Positions 31,701-39,671 of a stretch of 64,000 nt of DNA are shown here, one piece after another. Source of the DNA: an uncultured Gemmatimonadales bacterium (lineage in GTDB: Bacteria > Gemmatimonadota > Gemmatimonadetes > Longimicrobiales > Gaopeijiaceae); contig CAWELD010000003.1 of NCBI GenBank assembly GCA_963809895.1, positions 384,001-448,000 of the forward strand, read 5' to 3'. The translations under genes and the position numbers were made by a program. The notes under the pieces are model-generated. The model saw only the letters and a list, made by a program, of their open reading frames with translations. It ran no database searches and was not told the origin of the DNA. Every line of letters begins with the position of its first letter. Positions within the stretch are counted from its first letter, which is position 1.

Positions 31701-32880
31701 TCCCGAGAATCGCCCGCACCGGTGTGCTGGCCGCACGGAGGTGGAGCTCCGGCGCCTGCAGGTCTATTCGCAGGACGGCGCCCGCGTCTTCTCCCGCGCG
31801 GCGGCTGGTCGCGACCCAGAGCACGTCGTCCCGGGTGATGATGGTGGCGTTGATCCTGGGCCAGGGCGCGCCGCCTCTGGCGAGATCCACGTGTTCGAAG
31901 GTCCCCCTCGTCGGGTCGAAACGCTCGAGGCCCCGGTCGAGCGTGCCAAGCCACAGGGGGCCGGATCCGTCGGCGGTGAGGGTCATGAGGCTCGGGCTCG
32001 CGCTGCCCGGCACGTGCTCGAACGCGTCGCGCGCCGGATCGTACCGATGGAGTCCGCCCCCGATGGTTGCGACCCAGAGCGTGCCCCCGTCATCCACGTG
32101 CAGCGCCATCACGTCGTCGTAGGCCAGGCTCCCGGGATCGGCGGGGTCGTGGCGGTAGCGCCGGAAGGCGTCACCCCCGGGTGGCAGGCGGTTGAGCCCC
32201 GACCAGGTGGCGACCCACAGGTTCCTGTCCTGGTCGAGCACCATGGACCGGATCCGGTTGTTGGACAGACTCGTGGGATCGGCGGGGTCATGTGTGAACT
32301 GCCGCACCACGGTCCCCGTCTCGGGGTCCAGGAGCGCGAGACCCGACGCCTGACGGTCGGACCAGTCCAGCGTGCCCACCCACAGGCGCCCGTCGGGATC
32401 CTGGAGCATGTGGGAAACGGACCCAACGGGAAGGCTCGCCGGATCGTCGGGATCGTGGCGGAAGACCGCGTCCACGGTGCCGCGCGCGGGATCGATCTGG
32501 ACCAGAGCCGCACGTTGACCCACCCACAGCCGCCCCTCGCGGTCGACGAAGAGGGATTCCACCGGCGTCTGCGGAAAGCTCGCGACGCTGCCCGGTCCCG
32601 CCCGGAATACCTCCACCCGGTACCCGTCGAAGGATCGGAGCCCGCTCTCCACCCCCATCCAGACCCGTCCCTCCGGCCCCTCCACCATCGCGCGCACCCG
32701 GTCGTTCAGGTCGGGGCCGGGCTGCACCCCGGTCCAGCGGGTGGTCTGCGCGCCGAGGGGGGTGGCGATTCCGACGAGGGCGCTGACCAGGCCGACGGCG
32801 GGGCCGGTGGCGGGCCCGAGAGAGAGGGCCAGAAGAGTGGGGGCGACGGTCGCGGGTCGCCGCGAGATCCAGCGACACAT
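28732..32880 (-). CDS. Hybrid two-component sensor-regulator (propeller-YYY-TM-HisKA-HATPase-REC-AraC)
   Basis: LWVG propeller repeats, YAYRLDG/YTNLAPGSYRFRVRA, SHEYRTPL, NLLSNALKFT, GTGIGL, ITDVGMPGMDG, HFTRSFK. Confidence 0.93.
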   Translation of the reverse strand: MCRWISRRPATVAPTLLALSLGPATGPAVGLVSALVGIATPLGAQTTRWTGVQPGPDLNDRVRAMVEGPEGRVWMGVESGLRSFDGYRVEVFRAGPGSVASFPQTPVESLFVDREGRLWVGQRAALVQIDPARGTVDAVFRHDPDDPASLPVGSVSHMLQDPDGRLWVGTLDWSDRQASGLALLDPETGTVVRQFTHDPADPTSLSNNRIRSMVLDQDRNLWVATWSGLNRLPPGGDAFRRYRHDPADPGSLAYDDVMALHVDDGGTLWVATIGGGLHRYDPARDAFEHVPGSASPSLMTLTADGSGPLWLGTLDRGLERFDPTRGTFEHVDLARGGAPWPRINATIITRDDVLWVATSRRAGEDAGAVLRIDLQAPELHLRAASTPVRAILGTDASTIWYGDGGALVRWSVDEGRDAVWTCPGLGAPNVLEWLSSLLRAPDGTLWVGYWDRDVGLCRIDPDAAEPTLEPFRPPSADPLGQVWDMAWAEDRLWLATATGVVWLDPASGVVEAAGLETEPVWQQPGSVVAIETGPGGALWMVRQDGRVLRKPAGGPLEAAGSVLGPDESSGRVVGVAHFDEAGGLWVGTDGRGLCAFDPTEGRCGRWLDTSTGLPTDYVEDFTVDDRGHLWVSTFTGLTEIEPGAGPLRTLPTPGSSDPGAFQPGGAWASADGRVAAFGLERAILRFEPAGAAGNPHPPRIRIDRVEAVGAGDLDLSTAAPELASSDRDLIFEYTGLHFADPASNTYAYRLDGQEEAWRQVGTERRARYTNLAPGSYRFRVRAASANGVWSDEAVFAFHILSPWWRRPWALILWTSLALGTLVLVRAMELRRRRFAATLDREQAEARRLRELADTRSRLFANLSHEYRTPLALILGQIESAREDRGAVPGTVAGTDSKLDMAERQTRELQRLTDELLELSRYEAGALELDLRAGDLVELVRRAVADFSSAADAAGVELRVESHLDTLMAHFDPDRMRRVVNNLLSNALKFTPHGGEIVARVREVPRGDSGDGNHESHDGAPAALVAVEDTGVGIPPEARTQIFDRFYQVAARPGAPAGGTGIGLALVRELVELHGGTITVESELGRGTRFDIRLPLDRDGATLDTPPAAAPTAPDDADREPDEEPDAVDGEPPIVLIVEDHEDTRAFLRQELVTDYRIEEAADGAAGLARAIELVPDLVITDVGMPGMDGKELARRLRADERTSHVPIVMLTGRVSDDARVEGLESGVDDYLGKPFSARVLRSRVHSLLELRRLLRARYAGELWLKPEEVGGTSLDQKFLASVSRVIEERMADQGFSVEELAAAVAMSRSQLHRKLTALLGQAPGTLVRGMRLQRAADLIEAGSHSLGRIAYETGFSDQAHFTRSFKRHFGCTPGEYRERGPE

Positions 32881-32987
32881 GGCGCGCGTATCAGGAGGGT
32901 CGTCGTGGACTGCCAACCTGGGGGGGCGAGATGGTACGCGCCAGGAGTTCGGGTGGGACTCCCCCGAACTCGGGGTCGCCATGCGAG

Positions 32988-33016
32988 TTGACAGATATGC
33001 ATGGACCATGCATGAT
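32988..33016 (+). promoter_or_regulatory. vapBC promoter with overlapping palindromic operator
   Basis: TTGACA-N17-CATGAT; perfect inverted repeat ATGCATGG-A-CCATGCAT (32997-33013). Confidence 0.7.
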
Positions 33017-33022
33017 ATGTGT

Positions 33023-33271
33023 ATGGCGACCAAGACCATCTCTCTGAAACTGGCGGCGTACGAGCGCCTCCGTCGCGCACGGCGTGAACCCGGCGAATCC
33101 TTCAGTGATGTGGTGATGCGGGCCGAGTGGCCCGACATGACGGCCAGGGGTGGAGAACTGCTGGCGCTGATCCGCGAGCGCGGGCCTGACTACGCCCCAC
33201 CCGATCTCGACGCGATCGAAGCGGTGAAGGCGTCCGATCAGGCTCCGGCCGACAAGTGGACGGAGCAGTGA
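33023..33271 (+). CDS. vapB: VapB-family antitoxin (DUF217-like)
   Basis: MATKTISL..AYERL....ESFSDVV; GTGA overlap with the PIN gene. Confidence 0.85.
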   Translation: MATKTISLKLAAYERLRRARREPGESFSDVVMRAEWPDMTARGGELLALIRERGPDYAPPDLDAIEAVKASDQAPADKWTEQ

Positions 33272-33654
33272 TCCTCGAGACGACCTTCCTGGTGGCACTG
33301 GAGCGCGAGTTGATGGCGGGGTCGGAGGGGCCCGCGCATGCGTTTCTGGCGTCGCACGCAGAGACCCGCTTCCGGCTCACCTTCACCATCGCGGGGGAGG
33401 TGGCGGCGGGCTACGGCACGAGTGCGCGTCCCAGATGGGAGTCGTTCCTCGCGCCGTTCGACCTGCTCCCGGCGACTCCCGAGGTCTGCTGGCGATACGG
33501 GCAGCTGTTCCGCTATCTGAACGCCAACGGTCTGCTGATCGGAGGGAATGATCTTTGGATCGCAGCCACGGCTGTCGCCTTCGCTTCGCCCCTGGTGACG
33601 CGCAACACGAAGCACTTCAACCGGGTCCCGGGGCTCGAAGTCGTGACCTTCTAG
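33268..33654 (+). CDS. vapC: VapC PIN-domain toxin
   Basis: ILETTFL, TIAGEVAAG, IGGNDLWIAATA, LVTRNTKHFNRVPGL. Confidence 0.9.
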   Translation: MILETTFLVALERELMAGSEGPAHAFLASHAETRFRLTFTIAGEVAAGYGTSARPRWESFLAPFDLLPATPEVCWRYGQLFRYLNANGLLIGGNDLWIAATAVAFASPLVTRNTKHFNRVPGLEVVTF

Positions 33655-34001
33655 CGGGTCACGCGACCGCGCTTGGCCTCCCGGTCCCGGAGCAGCCGGT
33701 TCGCGAGCCGGACGCTCCAGCCGGCCCACGCCAGCACCGCCACGATGACCACGGCGACCCAGACCAGTGGGCCCACGGGCGCGAACGCCAGCCCGGTCAT
33801 GACCGCGCCGATGGCCAGCAGCCCCTGTGCGCTCCGGGCGTTGGCCTCGTACCAGACCCATTCGTCCTCGAACGTGGCCCGGACCCGGAGTCCGTACCAC
33901 ACGTTGGGCTTCACCCGTCGTCGGATCAGGGGGATGGAGAGGACCATGAACAGCACGCCGGTCCCGGCCAGCAGCAGCGTCACAAGGCGGTCCGCCATCA
34001 T
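33651..34001 (-). CDS. SdpI/YfhL-family membrane protein
   Basis: VKPNVWYGLRVRATFEDEWVWYEAN; three TM helices. Confidence 0.8.
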   Translation of the reverse strand: MMADRLVTLLLAGTGVLFMVLSIPLIRRRVKPNVWYGLRVRATFEDEWVWYEANARSAQGLLAIGAVMTGLAFAPVGPLVWVAVVIVAVLAWAGWSVRLANRLLRDREAKRGRVTR

Positions 34002-34906
34002 GCCTCCGAGCGTGTCTTCGTGGGGTCGACCTGGCCGTGCTTCCCGGCCATCACGCTGAAATAGACGTCTTTGAGGTCGGGCGGAACAGGCTCGAACCCG
34101 GGGCCGGGGCTCGTGGCGGAGAAGACGTGGGCGATGGTGCGGCCGGCGAGCAGGCGCGTGGAGATGACGGTGTGGTCCCGCTGCAACTCGGCCAGCTCCT
34201 CGGCCGTGACGACCCGGCGCCAGATGTGGCCCGCGAGATCCTCGATGGCATGCGACGGCTCCGCCTCCAGCAGGATGCGGCCTTCGTGGATGATGGCCAT
34301 GCGGGTGCACAGCTCGGACACGTCCTCGACGATGTGCGTGGACAGCACCACCACGCTGCGCTGGCCGAGCTCACTCAGGAGGTTGAGGAAGCGGACGCGC
34401 TCGGCGGGGTCGAGGCCCGCGGTGGGCTCGTCCACGATGACCAACCGGGGGTCGCCGAGGAGCGCGATGGCGACGCCGAAGCGCTGCCTCATACCTCCGG
34501 AATACGTACCCAGCTTCTCCTTGCGCACGTCCCAGAGGTTCGTCTGCCGGAGGAGCGACTCGACCACCTCCTTGCGCGCCGCCCGGTCGACGATGCCCTC
34601 GAGCACCGCGAAGTGCGTGAGCAGCGCCTCTGCGCTCACCCGGGGGTAGAGGCCGAAGTCCTGGGGCAGGTAGCCCAGCATTTCCCGGACGCGCTCCTTG
34701 TCCGCCAGGACGTCGATGTCGCCGAGGTGCACCGTGCCCGTGTCCGGGTCCTGCAGTGTGGCGAGGATGCGCATGAGCGTCGACTTGCCGGCCCCGTTGG
34801 GTCCCAGCAGGCCGTACATGCCGGGCGGGATGGTCAGCGACACGTCGTCCAGCGCCCGAACGCCGTTGGAGTAGGTCTTGGAGATCCCGCGGATGTGGAG
34901 CTCCAT
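33998..34906 (-). CDS. ABC transporter ATP-binding protein
   Basis: GPNGAGKST, GYLPQDF, YSGGMRQRFG, IVDEPTAGLDP, LSTH. Confidence 0.95.
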   Translation of the reverse strand: MELHIRGISKTYSNGVRALDDVSLTIPPGMYGLLGPNGAGKSTLMRILATLQDPDTGTVHLGDIDVLADKERVREMLGYLPQDFGLYPRVSAEALLTHFAVLEGIVDRAARKEVVESLLRQTNLWDVRKEKLGTYSGGMRQRFGVAIALLGDPRLVIVDEPTAGLDPAERVRFLNLLSELGQRSVVVLSTHIVEDVSELCTRMAIIHEGRILLEAEPSHAIEDLAGHIWRRVVTAEELAELQRDHTVISTRLLAGRTIAHVFSATSPGPGFEPVPPDLKDVYFSVMAGKHGQVDPTKTRSEA

Positions 34907-34920
34907 GCGGGTGTCCTGGT

Positions 34921-37900
34921 TCACGGCTCTCCCCCTGCGGAGGATCGAGGGATATCCACGACGTTGTCGGCCGGCTGCACGTCGATGAGGAGATGGCGGG
35001 GGTCGATGCCGGCCCGGGCCGGGGGCACGGGGACCGTGACGGTGATGGTCTGCGAACCGCTCCGTACGCGTCGCATGCCCAGGTACAGCGGTTCGCCCGT
35101 GTCGCCGTCCCGGGCGGGGCCGTAGACGCCGACCTCGACGAGGTCGTCCATGGGCCGTTCGCTCTCGGCGCCCGCCGTGTCGACCACGACCTTGCGCGCC
35201 TCCACGTCGAGGGTCACCTGCCACTGACCCCCGGCGGTCGGCTCGGCCGTCGCGCGCTCCGTCTTCAGCTCCCAGAAGGTGTTCCGCTCGAGCAGGTCGC
35301 CCAGGAGCGTCTGCAGGGAATCGGGCGTCACCTCCCGCAGCTCGCCAAGGAGCTCGAGCGAGGTCGCAAACGGGGGCTCGTACGACGCGTGCCGTTGGCG
35401 GAGGTGCCGCCACGCCTGGTCCACCCCCTCCTGGCCCACGTACTCCCGCAACGCGTACATGGCGAACGGGCCCTTGCGGTAGCCCAGGAAGGAGTCGTTG
35501 GCGCGGAGCAGCGGAACGTCGGTGCGGGAGCGAGGGGTCAGATAGGATCGGCGCATGAAGTCCAGCAGACGTTCCAGCTGCGCGGTCCCGTACTGATCTT
35601 CGATCACGCCCATGGCGGCGTACCAGGCGAAGCTCTCGCTGAGGAGGACGCGGCCCTCCATGCGGGCGGGCACCGGCTGGAACTGATGGGCCACCTCGTG
35701 GGCCGTCACCGCGAACACCATGTCCGGATCGTGGGGATTCCGGTCGGCGTCGAAAAGCGGAAACAGCTCCTGATACCAGATGGTGCCCGACGCGGCGTGC
35801 AGCGATCCCCCGGCCGACGGGTACTCCACCATCCGGATCACGTGATACGGAAACGGTCCGAACCGCTGGGTGAACTGCGCCAGCGAGGCCTCCACGGCCT
35901 GCATCATGCGCGGCACGTTCCTGTCGTGGGTGGGATCGTGGTAGACCTCGATGTCCACGTCCTGCCAACGCCCTCCGGCCACCGCGTAGTCGGCGGAGAA
36001 GACGGCGTACCCGTTCCCGATGGGGGCGCTGGTCTCGTACCGGAAGTAGCGTCGGCCGTTCTCGGTCCAGCTCCGGACCAGGTCTCCGGGCGCGACGGCG
36101 ATCTGATCGGCCGCCGTCCCGATGGTGACCGAGAGATCGAGGTGCTCCATCCCGTAGCGGTCGCTCGCCGCCTGAGCATCGTACAGGGAGGGGAAGGGCT
36201 CCCAGGGCGGCAGTCCGTGATCCCTCCGCTCGCCCGGAGTGGAGAGTTGCCTGGCGAGCTGATAGCCGATGAGCGGCATCCAGTCCTGCAGGACGAAGAA
36301 GCTCCCGTTGCCGACGACGGCGGTGCTGGGGGTCCCGGCCGGAAAGCCCCGTGGCGCGTGGCGCACCTGCCACGTCATCTGCAGCGTGTCGCCGGGCTGG
36401 AGCGGCTCGTCCAGTGTGTAGATGCGATGACCCAGCGTGTCGTCGACGAGGGCGGCACGCACCGGACGGTCGAAGTCGATGACCGGTGGGGGTAGCTCGA
36501 GCGACGTCGCCACGTGCAGGGTGTCCAGGGGCCGGTCGGTACGATTCACCAGGTGGTGGGTGCCGCGGATGTCAGCCGCACGCCGGTCGGGATGGATCTG
36601 GATGTCCAGCTCGGTGGCCACCAATTCGGGTCGGGGCGCGCCCCGGTAGGCCCCGTAGTGCCGCTCGTACTCGGCCCGGGCCTCCGCGCGATCCGCGCTC
36701 GTCCGGTAGGTGTTCAGGATGTCGGTGTTGTAGAAGACGAACCCGGCCACGAGCAGGAAGAGGGCCAGCGCCCCCGTCACGGCCCCGGCCGGCGGCCCCC
36801 TGAACCGGCGGCGCGCCAGGCGCACACGCTCCAGCAGCCCGCCCTCGATCCCCCGTACCCAGAAGAGGCGTGCCACGCACGCGATGAGCAGTGCTCCTGC
36901 GGCCCAGTACAGATCGAACCACAGGACCGGCGACAGGTACGGCCCGAACCCACTCATGGCCGAGTGATACCAGCTCGGCAGGGAGCCGAGGATCAGCATG
37001 GGGTGCTCGAGGCCCAGGAGCTGCGGGATCAGGGGAGCTACGAGGAACAGCGCGATGACGTGCCCGAGATACTTCTGGTTCACGAGCACGTGGATGGAGA
37101 GCGCGAACAGGGCGAAGAGGAGCGGGCGCACCAGGACGAGGGGAAGCACGCGGGCGTAGAGCCCCGGCTCGACGTCGTGCCAGCCGAGGCGAGCCTGGGC
37201 GAGCACGGCCCCCAGCGTGAGGAGCCCGTACAGGGCGAGGATCACCAGCCACAGCCCCAGGAGCTTGCCCACGAACCGTGCGCCGTCCGGCACCGGCGCG
37301 GCATCGGTCAGCGCCTGCATGTTCGCGTCGCGTTCGCGCCAGACCAGCTCCCCGGCGAGAAGGATGGGGAGCAGGACCATGGCCAGCACCACCGGAGGGG
37401 GCGTATCGCCCACATCGGGTCCGAGAAGGGTGCGCAGCACGAGGTCCGTGGCGGGCAGGACCGGCATGCCGGCCCCCATGCTTCCCAGCATGGTCAGGGT
37501 GAGCGCGAACTGCGCACCCACGACCAGGGGGACCAGAAGCCAGGCCCAGGGTGGCACCGCCTCCCGCAACGAATCGCGCGTGACGGCGAGCGCCTGCCGC
37601 ACGTGGCCCGCGAAGCCCAGCATCCGGGGGGCCACGGGTACCGCCACGGGCGCGCCGAGGGCGGGCGCCGCCCCCAGAACCGGGAGCGGCGTGCCCCCCG
37701 GCGCCTGGCTCCGGGTCGCTCGACCTGGACGCAGGGGGCCTCGCTGCCACCAGTGCACGGCGCCGGCGTTCCCACCGAAGTCGAAGCGCCGGTGGGCTAC
37801 CACCAGCAGGGCGCACGCCACGGCGAGCCACAGGGCCCGGTTCAAGATCAGTGCGCTGTCTGCGCCGATCAGGCGTTGGCTCAGGTCCAGAGGAGACCAG

Positions 37901-38571
37901 GTCCGCGCCATCATTTCGACCACGTTGATCCCGGTGGGATCCAGGGTCTGTGCCAGGTCCCAACGACCGAGAAGGTCGCCGAAGTAGGACGAGGTGAACT
38001 GCCCCCAGGCGAAGACGAGCGCCGCCCCGGCCCAGCTCCCCAGCGGATGGCGCACCAGCGTCGCCAGGGTGAAGAGCAGCGCCGTCGCCACGAAGGCGTT
38101 GGGGAGCATGATGAGGACGTGGGACTGGAGGTAGGGCGCCAGGCGGAACGGTCCCACCACCCCTGCCGCCAGCTCCGGCTGCGCGAGTGGCACAAGGATG
38201 CGGGCCAGGGGCACCGCGGACACCACGATGACTGCCACGATGACCGCGCCCACGAAGCGGCCGCCCAGATAGGCGGCTCGACCGACGGGCGCCGCGTGCA
38301 TGAGCGGCTCCAGCCGCGTCCGCACGTCTCGTGTCGCCGCGTCTCCAGCCACCGCGGCGATGAGGATGAGGGCGACCAGGCCCATGACGATGCCGCTGGC
38401 CGCGATGGAGAGCGGGGCGTTGAACAGGATGTCGCGGCCGCGGGCCTTGGCGAGGTCGTCGCTCGTCACGCCGACGAGGGGGATGAGATACAACCCGAAG
38501 AGGATCCAGAAGGACCGGCGCCTGAGCTGATGGACCAGCTCGAAGCGGACGATCTCCAGCCACTTCAGCAT
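34921..38571 (-). CDS. ABC-2-type permease fused to an M1-family aminopeptidase domain
   Basis: Two multi-TM blocks, then a soluble domain with HEVAH...LSESFAWY and GYRKG. Confidence 0.88.
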   Translation of the reverse strand: MLKWLEIVRFELVHQLRRRSFWILFGLYLIPLVGVTSDDLAKARGRDILFNAPLSIAASGIVMGLVALILIAAVAGDAATRDVRTRLEPLMHAAPVGRAAYLGGRFVGAVIVAVIVVSAVPLARILVPLAQPELAAGVVGPFRLAPYLQSHVLIMLPNAFVATALLFTLATLVRHPLGSWAGAALVFAWGQFTSSYFGDLLGRWDLAQTLDPTGINVVEMMARTWSPLDLSQRLIGADSALILNRALWLAVACALLVVAHRRFDFGGNAGAVHWWQRGPLRPGRATRSQAPGGTPLPVLGAAPALGAPVAVPVAPRMLGFAGHVRQALAVTRDSLREAVPPWAWLLVPLVVGAQFALTLTMLGSMGAGMPVLPATDLVLRTLLGPDVGDTPPPVVLAMVLLPILLAGELVWRERDANMQALTDAAPVPDGARFVGKLLGLWLVILALYGLLTLGAVLAQARLGWHDVEPGLYARVLPLVLVRPLLFALFALSIHVLVNQKYLGHVIALFLVAPLIPQLLGLEHPMLILGSLPSWYHSAMSGFGPYLSPVLWFDLYWAAGALLIACVARLFWVRGIEGGLLERVRLARRRFRGPPAGAVTGALALFLLVAGFVFYNTDILNTYRTSADRAEARAEYERHYGAYRGAPRPELVATELDIQIHPDRRAADIRGTHHLVNRTDRPLDTLHVATSLELPPPVIDFDRPVRAALVDDTLGHRIYTLDEPLQPGDTLQMTWQVRHAPRGFPAGTPSTAVVGNGSFFVLQDWMPLIGYQLARQLSTPGERRDHGLPPWEPFPSLYDAQAASDRYGMEHLDLSVTIGTAADQIAVAPGDLVRSWTENGRRYFRYETSAPIGNGYAVFSADYAVAGGRWQDVDIEVYHDPTHDRNVPRMMQAVEASLAQFTQRFGPFPYHVIRMVEYPSAGGSLHAASGTIWYQELFPLFDADRNPHDPDMVFAVTAHEVAHQFQPVPARMEGRVLLSESFAWYAAMGVIEDQYGTAQLERLLDFMRRSYLTPRSRTDVPLLRANDSFLGYRKGPFAMYALREYVGQEGVDQAWRHLRQRHASYEPPFATSLELLGELREVTPDSLQTLLGDLLERNTFWELKTERATAEPTAGGQWQVTLDVEARKVVVDTAGAESERPMDDLVEVGVYGPARDGDTGEPLYLGMRRVRSGSQTITVTVPVPPARAGIDPRHLLIDVQPADNVVDIPRSSAGGEP

Positions 38572-38647
38572 TGCGACATCGTCCACCCCCGGTTTCGATG
38601 GTCTCGTGCCGGTCGCTCGGCGCCTGATCGATCAAGTATGCATGGTG

Positions 38648-38674
38648 AAGTTTGCACTGTAAAGTACTTTGCAC
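38648..38674. promoter_or_regulatory. Candidate operator upstream of the ABC-M1 operon
   Basis: AAGTTTGCACTGTAAAGTACTTTGCAC: palindrome AAAGTACTTT and a TTTGCAC repeat with 17-bp period, AT-rich. Confidence 0.55.
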
Positions 38675-38770
38675 AATATGATTACTCCACGCTCAGGTGA
38701 AAGCCGTTCAACGAGGCGGCGTAGACGCCAGGGTCTGAGCCGTCTTCGCTCCTCCCGCCGGAACCCCCCG

Positions 38771-39637
38771 ATGCGCGCCCACCTCGTCCTCACCGTCGGA
38801 TTCTCGCTCTCACTGCCGCTCCTCGCCGGGGCGCAGCAGCAGCCGACGCGGGCTGTCGCCGATCGCTACCTGACGCTCACGATGAACCAGGAGTACGACG
38901 CCCTCCTGGACGCGTACAGAGACGATGCCCGGTTCTTCGATCCGACGGCCGAGGTCTTCGAGGGGCCGATTGCCGAAGGGCCGATCGAGGGTGCGCGGAA
39001 GATCGTCGAGCTCCAGCAGAGCTGGGGGCTGGCGGCCTCCGAATTCGATGTGGCGGCTGCCTTCTCCGTCGGAAGATACGCCCTGTATCGCGGCACTCTC
39101 CGTGTGCGCCATGACGTCGCCGACGCGTGGATCGCGATGCCCTTCGTCACGGTCCTGCGGATCGACGCGGGTCAGGTCGCCGAGCGTACGGACTTCGGCG
39201 GATATGTCGAGCCCTTCGGGATGGAAGATCGGTTCGGGTCCGTGACGGAAGAGACGAGACGGATCTCCGCAGAATACCTGAAGGCGTACCTGGGAGCCGA
39301 CCTCGAGGCGCAGCGTCGTCTGCTCGCGCCCGATGCGGTCTTCCAGGATCCGACGGCGCAGGTGTACGGGCCCGGCTCGGGCCAGCGTCTCGTGGGCGCC
39401 GGTGACATCATGGAGCGGAGGACCCAGACGTTCCAGAACGTCGCCGCGTTCGATCTCGCCGTCTCGGACTCGTTCGTCTCCGGCCATCACGCGGTCTACA
39501 TGGGCCGCACGACGTACACCCTTCGAAACGGGACCCGCTTCGATCAGCCCGCGGTGATGGTCATCGAGGTGCGCGGCGGCCAAGTCACCCGCCACTGGGA
39601 CTTCGTCGATTACTCGGTCGCTCCGGTCGGCGCCTGA
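38771..39637 (+). CDS. Secreted protein with two tandem SnoaL/NTF2-like domains
   Basis: Signal peptide; repeated DARFFDPTA/DAVFQDPTA and GQVAERTDF/GQVTRHWDF. Confidence 0.8.
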   Translation: MRAHLVLTVGFSLSLPLLAGAQQQPTRAVADRYLTLTMNQEYDALLDAYRDDARFFDPTAEVFEGPIAEGPIEGARKIVELQQSWGLAASEFDVAAAFSVGRYALYRGTLRVRHDVADAWIAMPFVTVLRIDAGQVAERTDFGGYVEPFGMEDRFGSVTEETRRISAEYLKAYLGADLEAQRRLLAPDAVFQDPTAQVYGPGSGQRLVGAGDIMERRTQTFQNVAAFDLAVSDSFVSGHHAVYMGRTTYTLRNGTRFDQPAVMVIEVRGGQVTRHWDFVDYSVAPVGA

Positions 39638-39671
39638 TGGGTGAAGCGAAGATCACGTCCGCGCGGTCGTC

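Noticed and set aside
34907..36373. Apparent N-terminal extension of the ABC ATPase (791-aa ORF)
   Set aside because: Out-of-frame overlap with the permease-M1 gene; the ATPase starts at 34906.
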